A DNA stretch of 64,000 bases, taken from an uncultured Actinomycetes bacterium. GTDB taxonomy: Bacteria; Actinomycetota; Actinomycetes; Streptosporangiales; Streptosporangiaceae. This document shows positions 29,028 through 38,766 of the stretch, piece by piece. Position 1 is the first letter of the stretch; every line of letters begins with the position of its first letter. Where the stretch lies: positions 69,449-133,448 of the forward strand of contig CAVPLC010000069.1 of the NCBI GenBank assembly GCA_963705835.1, written 5' to 3'. The notes beneath the pieces were generated by a model that worked only from the letters and a program-made list of their open reading frames with translations, had not been told where the DNA came from and searched no databases. The position numbers were made by a program, and so were the translations under genes.

Positions 29028-29756
29028 ATGTCTCTCTTCCAAAGGGCTCACGACGTCCTCGCGGCCAAGGCCAACAAGGCGCTCGACGCCGCAGAAAAGC
29101 CCGACGAAATGCTCGACCTGTCCTACGAGCAGATGCTCGATCAGCTCACCAAGGTGCGTCAGGCCCTGGTGTCGGTCGCCGCGTCGCGCAAGCAGCTCGA
29201 ACTGCAGGAGCAGCAGCTTCAGCACTCAGTGGACCACCTGCAGGACCAGGCCAAGCAGGCCCTGTCGATCGGCCGGGAGGACCTGGCCCGGGAGGCGCTG
29301 TCCCGCAAGGCCGCGGCCCAGGCCCAGATCGACGGCCTCGAGCCCCAGCACCAGCAGCTCACCGAGCAAGAGGCCAAGCTCGAGCAGACCCTGGCGGCGC
29401 TGCAGGACCGGGTCAACCACTTCCGCACCCAGAAGGAGACGCTGAAGGCCGAGTACACCGCGGCGAGCGCGGTGAGTTCGGTGAACGAGAGCGTGGCGGG
29501 GATCTCGGGCACGCTGTCCGACTCCGGCGCCGAGCTGGCGCGGGCCCAGGACAAGATCGCCCAGATGCAGGCCCGGGCGGGCGCCCTGGACGAGTTGCTG
29601 CAGTCCGGGGTGCTGGAGGACGTCGGCGGCAACACCGACGACATCCAAAAGGAACTCGATCAAGCCGGAACAGATGCGGACGTCGACAGTGAGCTCGCCG
29701 CGCTCAAGGCGCAGATCGGGCCGGGCAGCTCACCGCCGGAGCTGACCAGCGGCTGA
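29028..29756 (+). CDS. pspA: PspA/IM30-family (phage shock protein A-like) protein
   Basis: MSLFQRAHDVLAAKANKALD ... followed by long coiled-coil heptads. AAGGAG lies 10 nt upstream of the ATG. Confidence 0.85.
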   Translation: MSLFQRAHDVLAAKANKALDAAEKPDEMLDLSYEQMLDQLTKVRQALVSVAASRKQLELQEQQLQHSVDHLQDQAKQALSIGREDLAREALSRKAAAQAQIDGLEPQHQQLTEQEAKLEQTLAALQDRVNHFRTQKETLKAEYTAASAVSSVNESVAGISGTLSDSGAELARAQDKIAQMQARAGALDELLQSGVLEDVGGNTDDIQKELDQAGTDADVDSELAALKAQIGPGSSPPELTSG

Positions 29757-30053
29757 CGGCGGCTGGCCCGAGGGACGGTAGCGGGTCGGCCGCGGGCAGT
29801 AGCGGGCCGACCGCGGATCGGTTGCGGCTGGCCTCGCCACGGGTAGCGCTGGCCCGGCTGGCCTGCGGACTTGCCTCAAGGCAACCAAATTCACTGGTAC
29901 ATCTTTTCCAGACTGTCCTGATGCGTTACGATTACCCAGAGTCAACACATCGCGACCCTTAGCTAGCCCGACAGAAGGCGACAAAGTCCTTCAGGGCACG
30001 ATCCGTTCTCAGTCCCGGACCGGGGCCGAGCTACCGACATCCAAGGAGTGCGA

Positions 30054-30836
30054 ATGCTACGACGATGGTGCATTCTCCTCGCCATGCTGGCCGTAACGGT
30101 CGGCACGGCCCTCACCGCGACCAGCGCGTCGGCCGCATCGACCAGCGGGTGGAGATTCTCTCCCGGCGGGCCGGCTCACCTGGTGGGCCACGGCGCCTTC
30201 GGCGGCCTCCGGCACCAGGCAGAGAGTACGAACTGGTCCGGATACGCGGCGACGACGGGGACCTACACCAGCGTCTCGGCCACGTGGGTGCAGCCGGCCG
30301 GCATCTGCAGCCGGGGCGACCAGTACGCCGCATTCTGGGTCGGCCTCGACGGCTACAGCAGCAGCACGGTGGAGCAGACGGGCAGTGAGGTCGACTGCAT
30401 CGGGCGCACCGCGCAGTACTACGCCTGGTATGAGATGTATCCGGGCCCGTCGGAGAACTACTCGAACACGGTCAAGGCCGGGGACACGTTCAACGCCTCG
30501 GTCACCTATAACAACAACAACACCTACACCCTCACCATCGCCGACGTCACGCAGGGCTGGAAGCAGAGCACCACGCAGACCCTGGCCGGAGCGTCCCGCT
30601 CCTCCGCCGAGGTCATCGTCGAGGCGCCGTGCTGCACGTTCTTCGGCGGCATCCTGCCGCTGACGGACTTCGGCTCGATGAGCTTCTCGCAGTCGGACGC
30701 CAACGGCAGCGCCATCGGCAACGCCGGCGGGGTGACCCAGATCGTGATGGTCGACAACCGCGGGCTGGACAAGGACTCCATCACGTCGCTCAGCGGCGGA
30801 ACGAGTTTCGGCGCGACCTGGCTGCGCAGCAACTAG
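30054..30836 (+). CDS. secreted glutamic peptidase, family G1 (formerly A4, eqolisin-like)
   Basis: Signal peptide. Has STNWSGYAAT and AAFWVGLDG. VEQTG carries the candidate catalytic Gln and YAWYEMYP the candidate catalytic Glu. AAGGAG lies 5 nt upstream. Confidence 0.75.
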   Translation: MLRRWCILLAMLAVTVGTALTATSASAASTSGWRFSPGGPAHLVGHGAFGGLRHQAESTNWSGYAATTGTYTSVSATWVQPAGICSRGDQYAAFWVGLDGYSSSTVEQTGSEVDCIGRTAQYYAWYEMYPGPSENYSNTVKAGDTFNASVTYNNNNTYTLTIADVTQGWKQSTTQTLAGASRSSAEVIVEAPCCTFFGGILPLTDFGSMSFSQSDANGSAIGNAGGVTQIVMVDNRGLDKDSITSLSGGTSFGATWLRSN

Positions 30837-30853
30837 GGCCCGATCGTTCGTTG

Positions 30854-30886
30854 CTGGCCCGGCCGCCCTCGCGATGGCCGGGCCAG
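30854..30886 (+). terminator. stem-loop downstream of the G1 peptidase gene
   Basis: CTGGCCCGGCC-11 nt-GGCCGGGCCAG, a perfect 11-bp stem, 18 nt after the stop. The trailing sequence is only weakly T-rich. Confidence 0.5.
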
Positions 30887-31276
30887 CGTTCGGTTCTGCG
30901 CCGGCGGCGGGCCGCGCAGCAGGCGGACGAGGCGGGATGCCGGTCCGTACCGGCCGACCGGCGCGAGTGGGAGTGGGCGGGCGCGCCGCCGGCCACGACA
31001 ATGTGGTGTAACGGGCCCCGGCTAAAGGCCCTGATAAGGCCCGGTTAAGCGGTTCACCCGACCGGGCGGCGGGTTATGGTCCCCGGAGTCAGGGCGGGCT
31101 GCTGCACGTGCGTAACGGTTGTCGCTTTAGCTCCCATTTGCCGCTAATCGGCACTACTGTATGAACTGGCTTGCGGCGGCCGGCTATTGCGGCCATGCGG
31201 GTCCCGCCCGGCGCCGCGATCCGTGCTATCTGATCTTCCTGCGATTCGGTACAAGCTGGCCGAGGTAAGACAGTAG

Positions 31277-33163
31277 GTGGGGGTGACCAGTTTGGCTGTG
31301 CTGCAGGCTGGCGATCCGCAGCGGGTGGGACCCTACGTGCTGCTGGGCAGGCTCGGCAGCGGAGGCATGGGGCGGGTCTACCTGGCGCGGTCACCAGGCG
31401 GGCGCCAGGTGGCCGTGAAGGTGATCCGCCCGCAACTCGCGGAGGACGCCGGCTTCCGGGCCAGGTTCGCGCGGGAAGTGGCCGCGGCCCGCAAGGTCGG
31501 CGGGCTGTTCACCGCGCAGGTGGTGGACGCCGACCTGGATGGCCCGGTGCCCTGGCTCGTCACCGCGTACGTGCCGGGAGCGCCGCTGTCCGAGGCCGTG
31601 GAGCAGCAGGGACCGCTGCCGACCGCCACGGTGCTGGCGCTGGCCGCGGGTCTGGCCGAGGGGCTGAACGCGATTCACGCGGCGGGCGTCATCCACCGTG
31701 ACCTGAAGCCCTCGAACGTCCTGCTGGCCCCGGACGGTCCGCGGATCATCGATTTCGGTATCTCGTCGGCCGCGGGAGCCACCTCGCTGACCGGCACCGG
31801 CCTGATGATCGGCTCGCCGGGCTTTATGTCACCGGAGCAGGCCGAGGGGATGACGGTCGGGCCATCCAGCGACATCTTCAGCCTCGCGGGCGTGCTCACC
31901 TTCGCTTCGAGGGGCGAAGGGCCGTTCGGCAGCGGGGACACGGCCGCGCTGCTCTACCGCGTGGTGCACGGCACGCCGAACCTGGACCAGATCCCGGAAA
32001 GAATCCGGCCGCTGATCATCCGGTGCCTGTCCAGGGACCCCGGAGCCCGGCCCACGGCGGCCGAGTTCCTCACCGACCTGACCGAGGTGTACCCGTCGGC
32101 CGCCGACCTGACGGACTGGCTTCCGCCCCGGATCCTGGAGTTGTCCACTCAGCGGGCGGGCGAGGCCGGGGTGCACCCGCCCACCACTGCTGGTGCGGTT
32201 GGTGCCGCAGCCGCGACGGGATCCGTGACTGGCGGGGAGCGTGTGGCCGGTGAGGAGCCCGGGATCAGCGGTAGCGCGTGGCCCGAGGCGACGCAGACGT
32301 CCATGGCGCGGACTCCGCCGCCGCCGACGGCCACCCCAGGACCGCAGCCGTATCAGCGGCCTGTGGGTTACCAGGGGCCCGTCGGGTACCAGGCCCCCGC
32401 AGACTATCCAGAGCCCAAGGGATACCTGGGAGGGGGTATGCAGGCACCCGGGGGCGTGCAGACGCCGGGGGGCGCCCAACAGGCTCCTCCCCCGCTGCCG
32501 TACCCCGCTCAGCCTTCTTATCCGGGTCAGCCGGGGCCGCAGGGCAACCAGTGGTACATGCCGGGCATGCCCCCGGTCACGCAGCGGCGACGGCCGCGGT
32601 GGCCGTGGGTAGTGGGTGCGGCGGTGGTATGCGTGGCGGTCATCGTCGCCCTGGTTGTCGGGCTGGGCGGCTCCAGTCATCCCGCGGCTCAGGCGGGACA
32701 CATCCCGAGCCCGCGGCCGAGCGCGACGGCGCCGACCGCCACTCCCACGCCCACCGTCGGGAACTTGCAGCTGGCCCAGCTCCAGGTGGGCGACTGCCTG
32801 ACCGGCGCCAACATGGAACTCAACACCAGCAACCCGTGGCCGAAGCTGACGTCGGCCGTCCCATGCAGCCAGTCGCATACCGCGGAGGTGTTCTTCGCGG
32901 ATGACGCTTTCTGGCCGAAGAACGGCTCGTTCCCGGGCTCGAGCGCCATCACCAAGGCCGGGGACGCGGGGTGCAACAGCGCATTCCGGTCCTACGTCGG
33001 AATCGCGTATTCCAAGTCCATCTACACGTGGACCAATATCATCCCGGATGCTTCGACATGGCCCTCAGGAGACCGCGGCCTGCACTGCGTCGCCTATTAC
33101 TCCACGTCCAAACACCCGGGCGGCGCAACTCTCAGCGGCTCCATAAAGGGTTCCCGCAAGTAA
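31277..33163 (+). CDS. Ser/Thr protein kinase with Pro-rich linker, TM segment and extracellular septum-formation-like domain
   Basis: Has GSGGMGRVY, VAVK, HRDLKPSNVLL, DFG and SPE. TM segment WPWVVGAAVVCVAVIVALVVGL. The C-terminal domain has VGDCL ... VPCSQSHTAEVFF. Confidence 0.85.
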   Translation: MGVTSLAVLQAGDPQRVGPYVLLGRLGSGGMGRVYLARSPGGRQVAVKVIRPQLAEDAGFRARFAREVAAARKVGGLFTAQVVDADLDGPVPWLVTAYVPGAPLSEAVEQQGPLPTATVLALAAGLAEGLNAIHAAGVIHRDLKPSNVLLAPDGPRIIDFGISSAAGATSLTGTGLMIGSPGFMSPEQAEGMTVGPSSDIFSLAGVLTFASRGEGPFGSGDTAALLYRVVHGTPNLDQIPERIRPLIIRCLSRDPGARPTAAEFLTDLTEVYPSAADLTDWLPPRILELSTQRAGEAGVHPPTTAGAVGAAAATGSVTGGERVAGEEPGISGSAWPEATQTSMARTPPPPTATPGPQPYQRPVGYQGPVGYQAPADYPEPKGYLGGGMQAPGGVQTPGGAQQAPPPLPYPAQPSYPGQPGPQGNQWYMPGMPPVTQRRRPRWPWVVGAAVVCVAVIVALVVGLGGSSHPAAQAGHIPSPRPSATAPTATPTPTVGNLQLAQLQVGDCLTGANMELNTSNPWPKLTSAVPCSQSHTAEVFFADDAFWPKNGSFPGSSAITKAGDAGCNSAFRSYVGIAYSKSIYTWTNIIPDASTWPSGDRGLHCVAYYSTSKHPGGATLSGSIKGSRK

Positions 33164-33191
33164 CTTCGAGCCCGGCCACGCGTCGGGCTGG

Positions 33192-33843
33192 TCAGCGGCG
33201 CGGCGTCAGCCACCGGGTGCCGATCCGGCCGTGTTTCATCCGGCCTACCAGGCGGACGCACAGCGTTTCCGGCGTGTTGTCGCCCGCGTCCCTGCTGATC
33301 GCCAGCTCGGTGTACCGCACCGACAGCTCGTTGGCGTCCACCACCATGCCCGGCGCGAGGACCAGCTCTACGTCGCCGCCGCGCACCCGCAGCTCGATGA
33401 CCAGCTCGGGTCCGCTGCGCACCGCGCTGGTCAGGTCCAGCGTCACGTCGCACCACGCGGTGCGCAGCGCCAGCCGGCGCGGCAGCGTCCACCGGCCGTC
33501 GCGGCGCACCGAGCCGTGCCGCTCGTTGATGGTGAGCAGTTCGGCGGCCGGCTGCAGCCGGCGTCCCGGCGAGCGGCAGCGTGAGCGCGCCGTCGCTGCC
33601 TGGCGCCGGGATCAGATCGGCGGTGAGCGGGGCCAGCGCGTCGATGGTGCGGGCGGCCAGCGCCGCGTCCAGCCGCTCGTTGAACTCGGCCTGGTCGAGC
33701 CGGCCGTCGGCGACGGCGGCGCGCAGCAGTTCGATGACCCGGTCGCGGTCCGCGTCGGACGCGCGCAGCGCGGGTGAACTGGGCGGATCTGCGCGGCATC
33801 CGGCCTCCTCGGCGGCGACGTGGCGGCACCGCGCCACCGACAT
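33192..33843 (-). CDS. DUF1707 domain protein with LiaF-like C-terminal domain
   Basis: ASDADRDRVIELLRAAVADGRLDQAEFNERLDAALAARTIDAL matches DUF1707. The C-terminal part (ELLTINERHGSVRRDGRWTLPRRL ... GDVELVL) is in the next frame, joining at about 33545-33560. Length is 1 mod 3. Confidence 0.7.
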
Positions 33844-33912
33844 TCCACGTTATAGCGCGAGCCGGCGGCCCTGCCACGTACAGGAAATGAGTCACGGGCG
33901 GCCTCCGTATCT

Positions 33913-34500
33913 GTGACACTGACGCTGGATATTCTCCGGGGTGCAGGCGCAGCGATAGGGCTGACACGGCAGGTAGCGGAGTCCGGCATGGTTGAGGTAA
34001 TCGTCGGCGTTGCGTTGACCGCGGTGCTCGGCGGTCTGCTCGTTCCCTTGGTCAAGGGAATTCTCGATCGTCGAAGCGAGCGGTACAGCTCGTCTTTGGC
34101 TCTGGTAGATACGCTGGCGGCCAGCCTCTGGGAGTACTGGAAGCTCGCTCTGCGCGTCGCTTACTACGGGAGGCAGGGACCGCGCGGAGCCGAGGGTCTC
34201 GAGATTGCGCTTGGTCGCTGGGACAGCGATGATTCGTGGAACATGGGTTCGGCCATACAGATCCAGCTGAGCAGGTCGAGGAGGTTGCTGCCGCCTGCTG
34301 CGCATCAGGAACTCGCCCAGTCTCAGCGGAACGTCGTGGATTACCTGGACCGCGAGATCGACCGGCTTCGCGTCTCGGCCGAGCCCGACGACTGGAGCAA
34401 GCTCTACGAGTCGCTGATGATCGAGACACGCTCGGCCATCGACGCGCTCCTGGTCCGGGTGACGAGGCAATTGAAGATCGGCAGGATCCCCTATAGCTGA
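33913..34500 (+). CDS. hypothetical membrane-anchored protein
   Basis: 195-aa ORF with one TM segment (VEVIVGVALTAVLGGLLVPLV), then a helical region. GC is visibly lower than in its neighbours. No family recognised. Confidence 0.45.
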   Translation: MTLTLDILRGAGAAIGLTRQVAESGMVEVIVGVALTAVLGGLLVPLVKGILDRRSERYSSSLALVDTLAASLWEYWKLALRVAYYGRQGPRGAEGLEIALGRWDSDDSWNMGSAIQIQLSRSRRLLPPAAHQELAQSQRNVVDYLDREIDRLRVSAEPDDWSKLYESLMIETRSAIDALLVRVTRQLKIGRIPYS

Positions 34501-34543
34501 GGCCCGGTCGCGGGGACGGGCACAATCGGCCTGTGGCGGCCGT

Positions 34544-34963
34544 TCAGCCTTCCGGCTGCAGCGCGGCGGGATGGCGCAGCAGGGCGCTGGCCGCGCCGCT
34601 CATGCCGAAGCGGGCGTAGTAGGGGACCAGCGCGGCATCGCAGACCAGGTCCACGGAGTAGAACCGCTCCGTGCCGTCCAGGATCCGGTGCATCAGCGCA
34701 GTGCCGATGCCTCGGCCCTGGTAATCGGGCAGGACCTCCAGCCAGGGGATGAACGCGGTGAGCACGCCGTCGCTGAGCATGGTCACGAACCCGGCTACCC
34801 GCCCGGCCGCATCGTCGATGGCCATCACGCAGCGGTAGCTTCCCCGCAGCACGGCGAGGTGCTGCCGGGTCGAGGGCCGCCGGGGCCAGCCTACGAAGAA
34901 GCCGGTCAGCATGTTCTCGTGGACGAGGCTCACGTCGTCGGTATAGGAGATCATGCGGTCCAT
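34544..34963 (-). CDS. GNAT-family N-acetyltransferase
   Basis: Has the acetyl-CoA-binding motif LPDYQGRGIGTALM, with YYARFGM near the C-terminus. Confidence 0.8.
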   Translation of the reverse strand: MDRMISYTDDVSLVHENMLTGFFVGWPRRPSTRQHLAVLRGSYRCVMAIDDAAGRVAGFVTMLSDGVLTAFIPWLEVLPDYQGRGIGTALMHRILDGTERFYSVDLVCDAALVPYYARFGMSGAASALLRHPAALQPEG

Positions 34964-34997
34964 CCTGGCGGACCGCGATCACGAGTGACGGAGTGGA

Positions 34998-35036
34998 GCA
35001 CCCGGGACCGTTCGGAATAAATGGTTTAAAAGGGAC
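34998..35036 (-). repeat. dispersed repeat DR-A, copy 4
   Basis: Reverse complement ...CCATTTATTCCGAACGGTCCCGGGTGC. Lies between the oxidoreductase stop (35094) and the GNAT start (34963). Confidence 0.7.
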
Positions 35037-35093
35037 ATCCGGGGGCCGGTGTAGCCGGGACCTCAGCAGGTGAAGGTGGACTTTCACCGCACC

Positions 35094-36606
35094 CTAGGAA
35101 GGTGAAAGGCGGGTTTCACCCCGGGGTACGGGGGTGGAGGCGGGGCGGAGGCGCGCCGGGCTGATGTCGGGGGTGTCGCGGATGCCGAAGACGTCGCGGA
35201 GGGCGGACAGGGCGGCGAGTTCGCCGCAGCGGCCGTGGACGCCGGGGAGCGGCGGGGTGGCGGAGGAGCACAGGTAGACGCCGCGGATCGGGGTGCGGTA
35301 CTCGTTCCAGCGGACGACGGGGCGGAACACGGTCTGGCGCATGCTCTGCACGCCGACGGCGATGTCGCCGCCGACGTAGTTGGGGTTGTGGGCCTCCTCG
35401 TCGGCGGCGGTGCGGACGGCCCGGGCCAGGATGAGGTCGCGGAAGCCGGGCGCGAACCGCTCGATCTGCGCCTCGATCCGGTCGGTCATGTCCACGTCGG
35501 ATCCGGCGGGCACGTGGCAGTAGGTCCACAGCGTGTGGCGGCCGGCCGGGGCCCGGGACGGGTCGACGATGCCGGGCTGCATGACCAGCACGTAGGGGTG
35601 CTCGGGGTGCTTGCCCGCCAGGACCTCGGCCCCGGCGGCGGCGGTCTGCTCGTAGGTGCCGCCCAGGTGCAGGCTGACGGCGCGGCGGCAGTCCTCGTTG
35701 GTCCACGGCACCGGGCCGGACAGGGCGAAGTCCACCTTGCAGACGCCCGCACCGTAGCGGTAGCGGCGCAGCGCGGCCCGGTACCGGGACGGCAGGCGGT
35801 CGCCGGCCAGGCGGTCCAGCGTGCGCGGCGAGGTGTCCAGCAGGACGGCGCCGGCGGGAGGCAGTTCGCTGAGCGAGGTCACCCAGCTGGCCGGTCTCGA
35901 AGCCGCCGCCCGCGGCGATCACCGCGTCGGCCATCGCGTCGGAGATCCGGGCGGTGCCGCCCACCACGACCGGCCAGCCCACCGAGTGGGCCAGGCCGAC
36001 GAGCATGAGCCCGATGCCCGCGGTCGGCACGGCGGTCAGCGGCATCATGGCGTGGGCGGCGGCGCCGGCCAGGATCGCGCGGGCCTGCGGGGTGTGCCAG
36101 CGCCGGACCACCACCGAGGCGGGCAGCACGGCGCGCATGCCGTAGCTGGCCAGCACGAACGGGTGCGCGGGCGGGCGGCGCAGCGGCGCGAGCAGGGCCG
36201 CGATGATGTCGTCGGCGTGCGCGGCCACCGGGCCTATCGTCCGCTGGTAGGCCCGGCGGTCCTGGCCGAGGCGGGCGGCGGTCTCGGCCACCGAGCGGGT
36301 CACGACGGCGGCCCGGCCGCCGTCCAGGGGGTTGGCGAACTCGATCTCGGAGTGGGCGAAGGCCACGCCGCGCGCGGCCAGGTCGAAGCGCCGGAAGAAC
36401 GGCGAGGCCAGGGCCAGCGGGTGGCCCGAGGAGCAGACGTCGTGCCGGAAGCCGGGCAGGGTCAGCTCCTCGGTCCGGCAGCCGCCGCCGATGGTCGGCG
36501 CGCCGTCGATGACCAGGACCTTCAGCCCGGCCGCGGACAGGGTGACGGCAGCGGCCAGGCCGTTCGGGCCGCTGCCGACGATCACCGCGTCAGGATTCCC
36601 CCGCAT
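35094..36606 (-). CDS. FAD/NAD(P)-dependent oxidoreductase, phytoene-desaturase (CrtI-like) family
   Basis: Dinucleotide-binding motif DAVIVGSGPNGLAAA. C-terminal GVYLCSSATPPLPGVHG. The two halves are in different frames and join at about 35878-35888 (GGGFETGQL / VTSLSELPP). Length is 1 mod 3. The ATG at 36606 is preceded by GAGGGG. Confidence 0.75.
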
Positions 36607-36615
36607 GACACCCCT

Positions 36616-36645
36616 CAACTACCCACTGGTCAACTACCCACTGGC
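36616..36645. repeat. 2 x 15-bp direct repeat CAACTACCCACTGG(T/C)
   Basis: On the minus strand it duplicates CCAGTGGGTAGTTGA, which contains the TAG stop of the DUF1990-like gene. This gives two in-frame stops. Confidence 0.85.
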
Positions 36646-37521
36646 CACTACGTTCTTATCACGGCCCTGCTTATCACGGCCCTGCTTGTCACGGCCCTGC
36701 TTGTCACGGCCCTGCTTGTCACGGCGCAGCATCCGGGCCAGGCCGGTGACCGGGGCCGCGATGGTCTGGAGCACGCTGCGCACCGCGGAGTTGTGCCAGA
36801 TGTTGCTGGCGTGACGCCACTGGCGTTTGGAGTCGACGCAGGTGCTGGTGGTCTCGACCGCCGGGTCCTGGACGCCGAGGCGGTTGCCGAGCGCGACCAG
36901 GGTGGCGGTCCAGAACCTGTCTTCCTTCTTGTGCCCGCCGAACGTCATCCCGAGCTCGTAGATCGGGTCGTTCGCCCGCATCAGCACCTGAGCCTGGACG
37001 ATGGTGTCATCGCCTTCGCGTTCGGCGGAGAAGGTGATCCAGCCGGCGAACATGTGTCCCTGCGGGGTCATCAGCGTGAACGACTCGGCGTCCGCGTACA
37101 GGACGAAGACGCCGGTGGACAGCTTCACGCCGCCGCCGATGGCCAGGTCGAGCAGGGCGACGTCGCCGGGGTTGATGCCGGTGAGCGCGCCGGCGAACCG
37201 GTTGCCCTTCGGCCAGAACTCCGGGAAGTGCGCCTTCCAGGTGGCGATCGCGTACTCGGGTTCGACCTGGGCCTTCATGCGGTAGCTCTTCTGCCACATC
37301 TTGCCGAAGCCCTGGACCGGGCCGGTGAGCCGCCGGCCTGCGACGTTGGTCCCGCGGACCCCCTGCCGCGGGTCAACTTCCAGCCGCTCCACCTTCTTGG
37401 CCCAGCTCGCCGCGTCACGCGGTGCCGTGGTGTGCGGCACGGGCGGCGCCGCCGCCTCGCGGGCGCTCAGGCCGATCTGCTCGGCCGAGGCGACCCGCTC
37501 CGGGCCTGCTGTATCGGTCAT
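36634..37521 (-). CDS. DUF1990-like protein with C-terminal (DKQGR)n repeat
   Basis: 295-aa ORF. The central region ...FTLMTPQGHMFAGWITFSAEREGDDTIVQAQVLMRAN resembles DUF1990, but this family call is tentative. Confidence 0.55.
   Translation of the reverse strand: MTDTAGPERVASAEQIGLSAREAAAPPVPHTTAPRDAASWAKKVERLEVDPRQGVRGTNVAGRRLTGPVQGFGKMWQKSYRMKAQVEPEYAIATWKAHFPEFWPKGNRFAGALTGINPGDVALLDLAIGGGVKLSTGVFVLYADAESFTLMTPQGHMFAGWITFSAEREGDDTIVQAQVLMRANDPIYELGMTFGGHKKEDRFWTATLVALGNRLGVQDPAVETTSTCVDSKRQWRHASNIWHNSAVRSVLQTIAAPVTGLARMLRRDKQGRDKQGRDKQGRDKQGRDKNVVASG
36655..36729. repeat. 5 x 15-bp tandem repeat CTT(A/G)TCACGGCCCTG
   Basis: Counted directly. Encodes RDKQG RDKQG RDKQG RDKQG RDK at the C-terminus of the 36634-37521 gene. 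Confidence 0.9.
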
Positions 37522-37534
37522 GGCTCTCTTCCCC

Positions 37535-37892
37535 TCACCGCACGACGCCGTTGAGCGCCGATTCCTCGCTGTCGTAGATCGTGATGGCCTCGTCCAGCCG
37601 GGTCAGCTCGAAGATCTCCCGGTAGTGGTCGCTCAGCCCGAAGGCGGCGAGCTGCTGGCGCTGGCGGTTGGCCCGCACGAGCAGGGTCACCAGCATCCCG
37701 ATGCCGCCGCTGTTCATGTACTCAAGGCCGGCGAAGTTCAGCACCAGCCGGCTGGTCTTGCCGTCGCTGGCGGCCTCGTAGGCCGACATCAGCACCGGCT
37801 CGCACGCCGCGGTGACCTCGCCTCTGATGTCGACCACGGCCACCTCGTTCGCCGATCCGCCTGACGTCCATGGTGAGTTCGCGTGAACCCAT
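37535..37892 (-). CDS. STAS-domain anti-sigma-factor antagonist
   Basis: Has VVDIRGEVTAA ... LNFAGLEYMNSGGIGMLV. The ATG at 37892 has a strong SD (GGGAGGG) but is one frame off the domain, with the join at about 37850. Length is 1 mod 3. Confidence 0.7.
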
Positions 37893-37925
37893 CTGATTCC
37901 CTCCCCTTGTGACCCTTTATCGGTT

Positions 37926-38318
37926 CTAGCGAGCCGCTTTTAACGCGGCCGGCCCGGTTAGCTGGCTGACGGCGCGGTCGAGATCGGGAAAGAGCTCGAT
38001 GAAGTCCGACAGCCTGGTGATGTCGAAGATCTCGCGGTAGTGCGGGGACAGGCCGCAGGCGACGACCTTGCGGCGTTCGGCCCGGGCGCGGGCCAGCACG
38101 CTGACGATCAGCGCGATGCCGGTGGAGTTGATGTAGTCCACCGCGGCGAAGTCGAGCACGACCGTGCCGGGGTCTGCGCCGCCCCCTTGGACCGCGCTCT
38201 GGTACGCCTTGGTCAGGACGTCGGCGGCGGACCCGTCGACCTCGCCGGAAAGCTCGATGACGGCGGCACCGGGCAGCACCCGGGTCGTGGCCTCACACAT
38301 GCTCGTCATGTGCAGCAC
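37926..38318 (-). CDS. STAS-domain anti-sigma-factor antagonist
   Basis: Has VIELSGEVDGSAADVL ... LDFAAVDYINSTGIALIV. Its candidate starts overlap the stop of the upstream kinase gene (ATGTGTGA). Confidence 0.75.
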   Translation of the reverse strand: MLHMTSMCEATTRVLPGAAVIELSGEVDGSAADVLTKAYQSAVQGGGADPGTVVLDFAAVDYINSTGIALIVSVLARARAERRKVVACGLSPHYREIFDITRLSDFIELFPDLDRAVSQLTGPAALKAAR

Positions 38319-38766
38319 CTCCAGTGCGCATGGTCAGCGAGATGGTGTGGCGCTGGCCATTGATCGTTACGTCCATGGCGTCGACCATGTTGCGGATGAG
38401 GAACAGGCCCCAGCCGCGCGGACTCTGCCCGCCGTCCAGCTTCCTGAGGAGGTCGGGCTCCTCGGGGTTACCAGGTTCGGGATTGGCCTCGCCGCCCTGA
38501 TCGGTGATGGCCACGACGATCACGTCGCCGGCCTGGGTCACCTCGACCTCCACCGGGATCTCGGCGCGGTTCTGGTTGCCGTGCTCGATCGCGTTCATGG
38601 TGGCCTCGGCCACGGCGGTCTTCAGCCGCTCCAGGCGGGCCTCCGGCAGATCGAGGCCTGCGACGCTCTCGGCGACCCGGGCCAGGGCGAGACGCTCGTT
38701 GCCGGGTTCGCTGGGCAACGTGAACGCGTCGAGCCTGCGGGGTGTGGGCCGGGTCACCTGAGTCAT
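38293..38766 (-). CDS. RsbW/SpoIIAB-like anti-sigma regulatory Ser kinase (HATPase_c_2)
   Basis: Has AVAEATMNAIEHGN and GWGLFLIRNMVD. Its ATG overlaps the upstream stop (ATGA). Confidence 0.75.
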   Translation of the reverse strand: MTQVTRPTPRRLDAFTLPSEPGNERLALARVAESVAGLDLPEARLERLKTAVAEATMNAIEHGNQNRAEIPVEVEVTQAGDVIVVAITDQGGEANPEPGNPEEPDLLRKLDGGQSPRGWGLFLIRNMVDAMDVTINGQRHTISLTMRTGGAAHDEHV

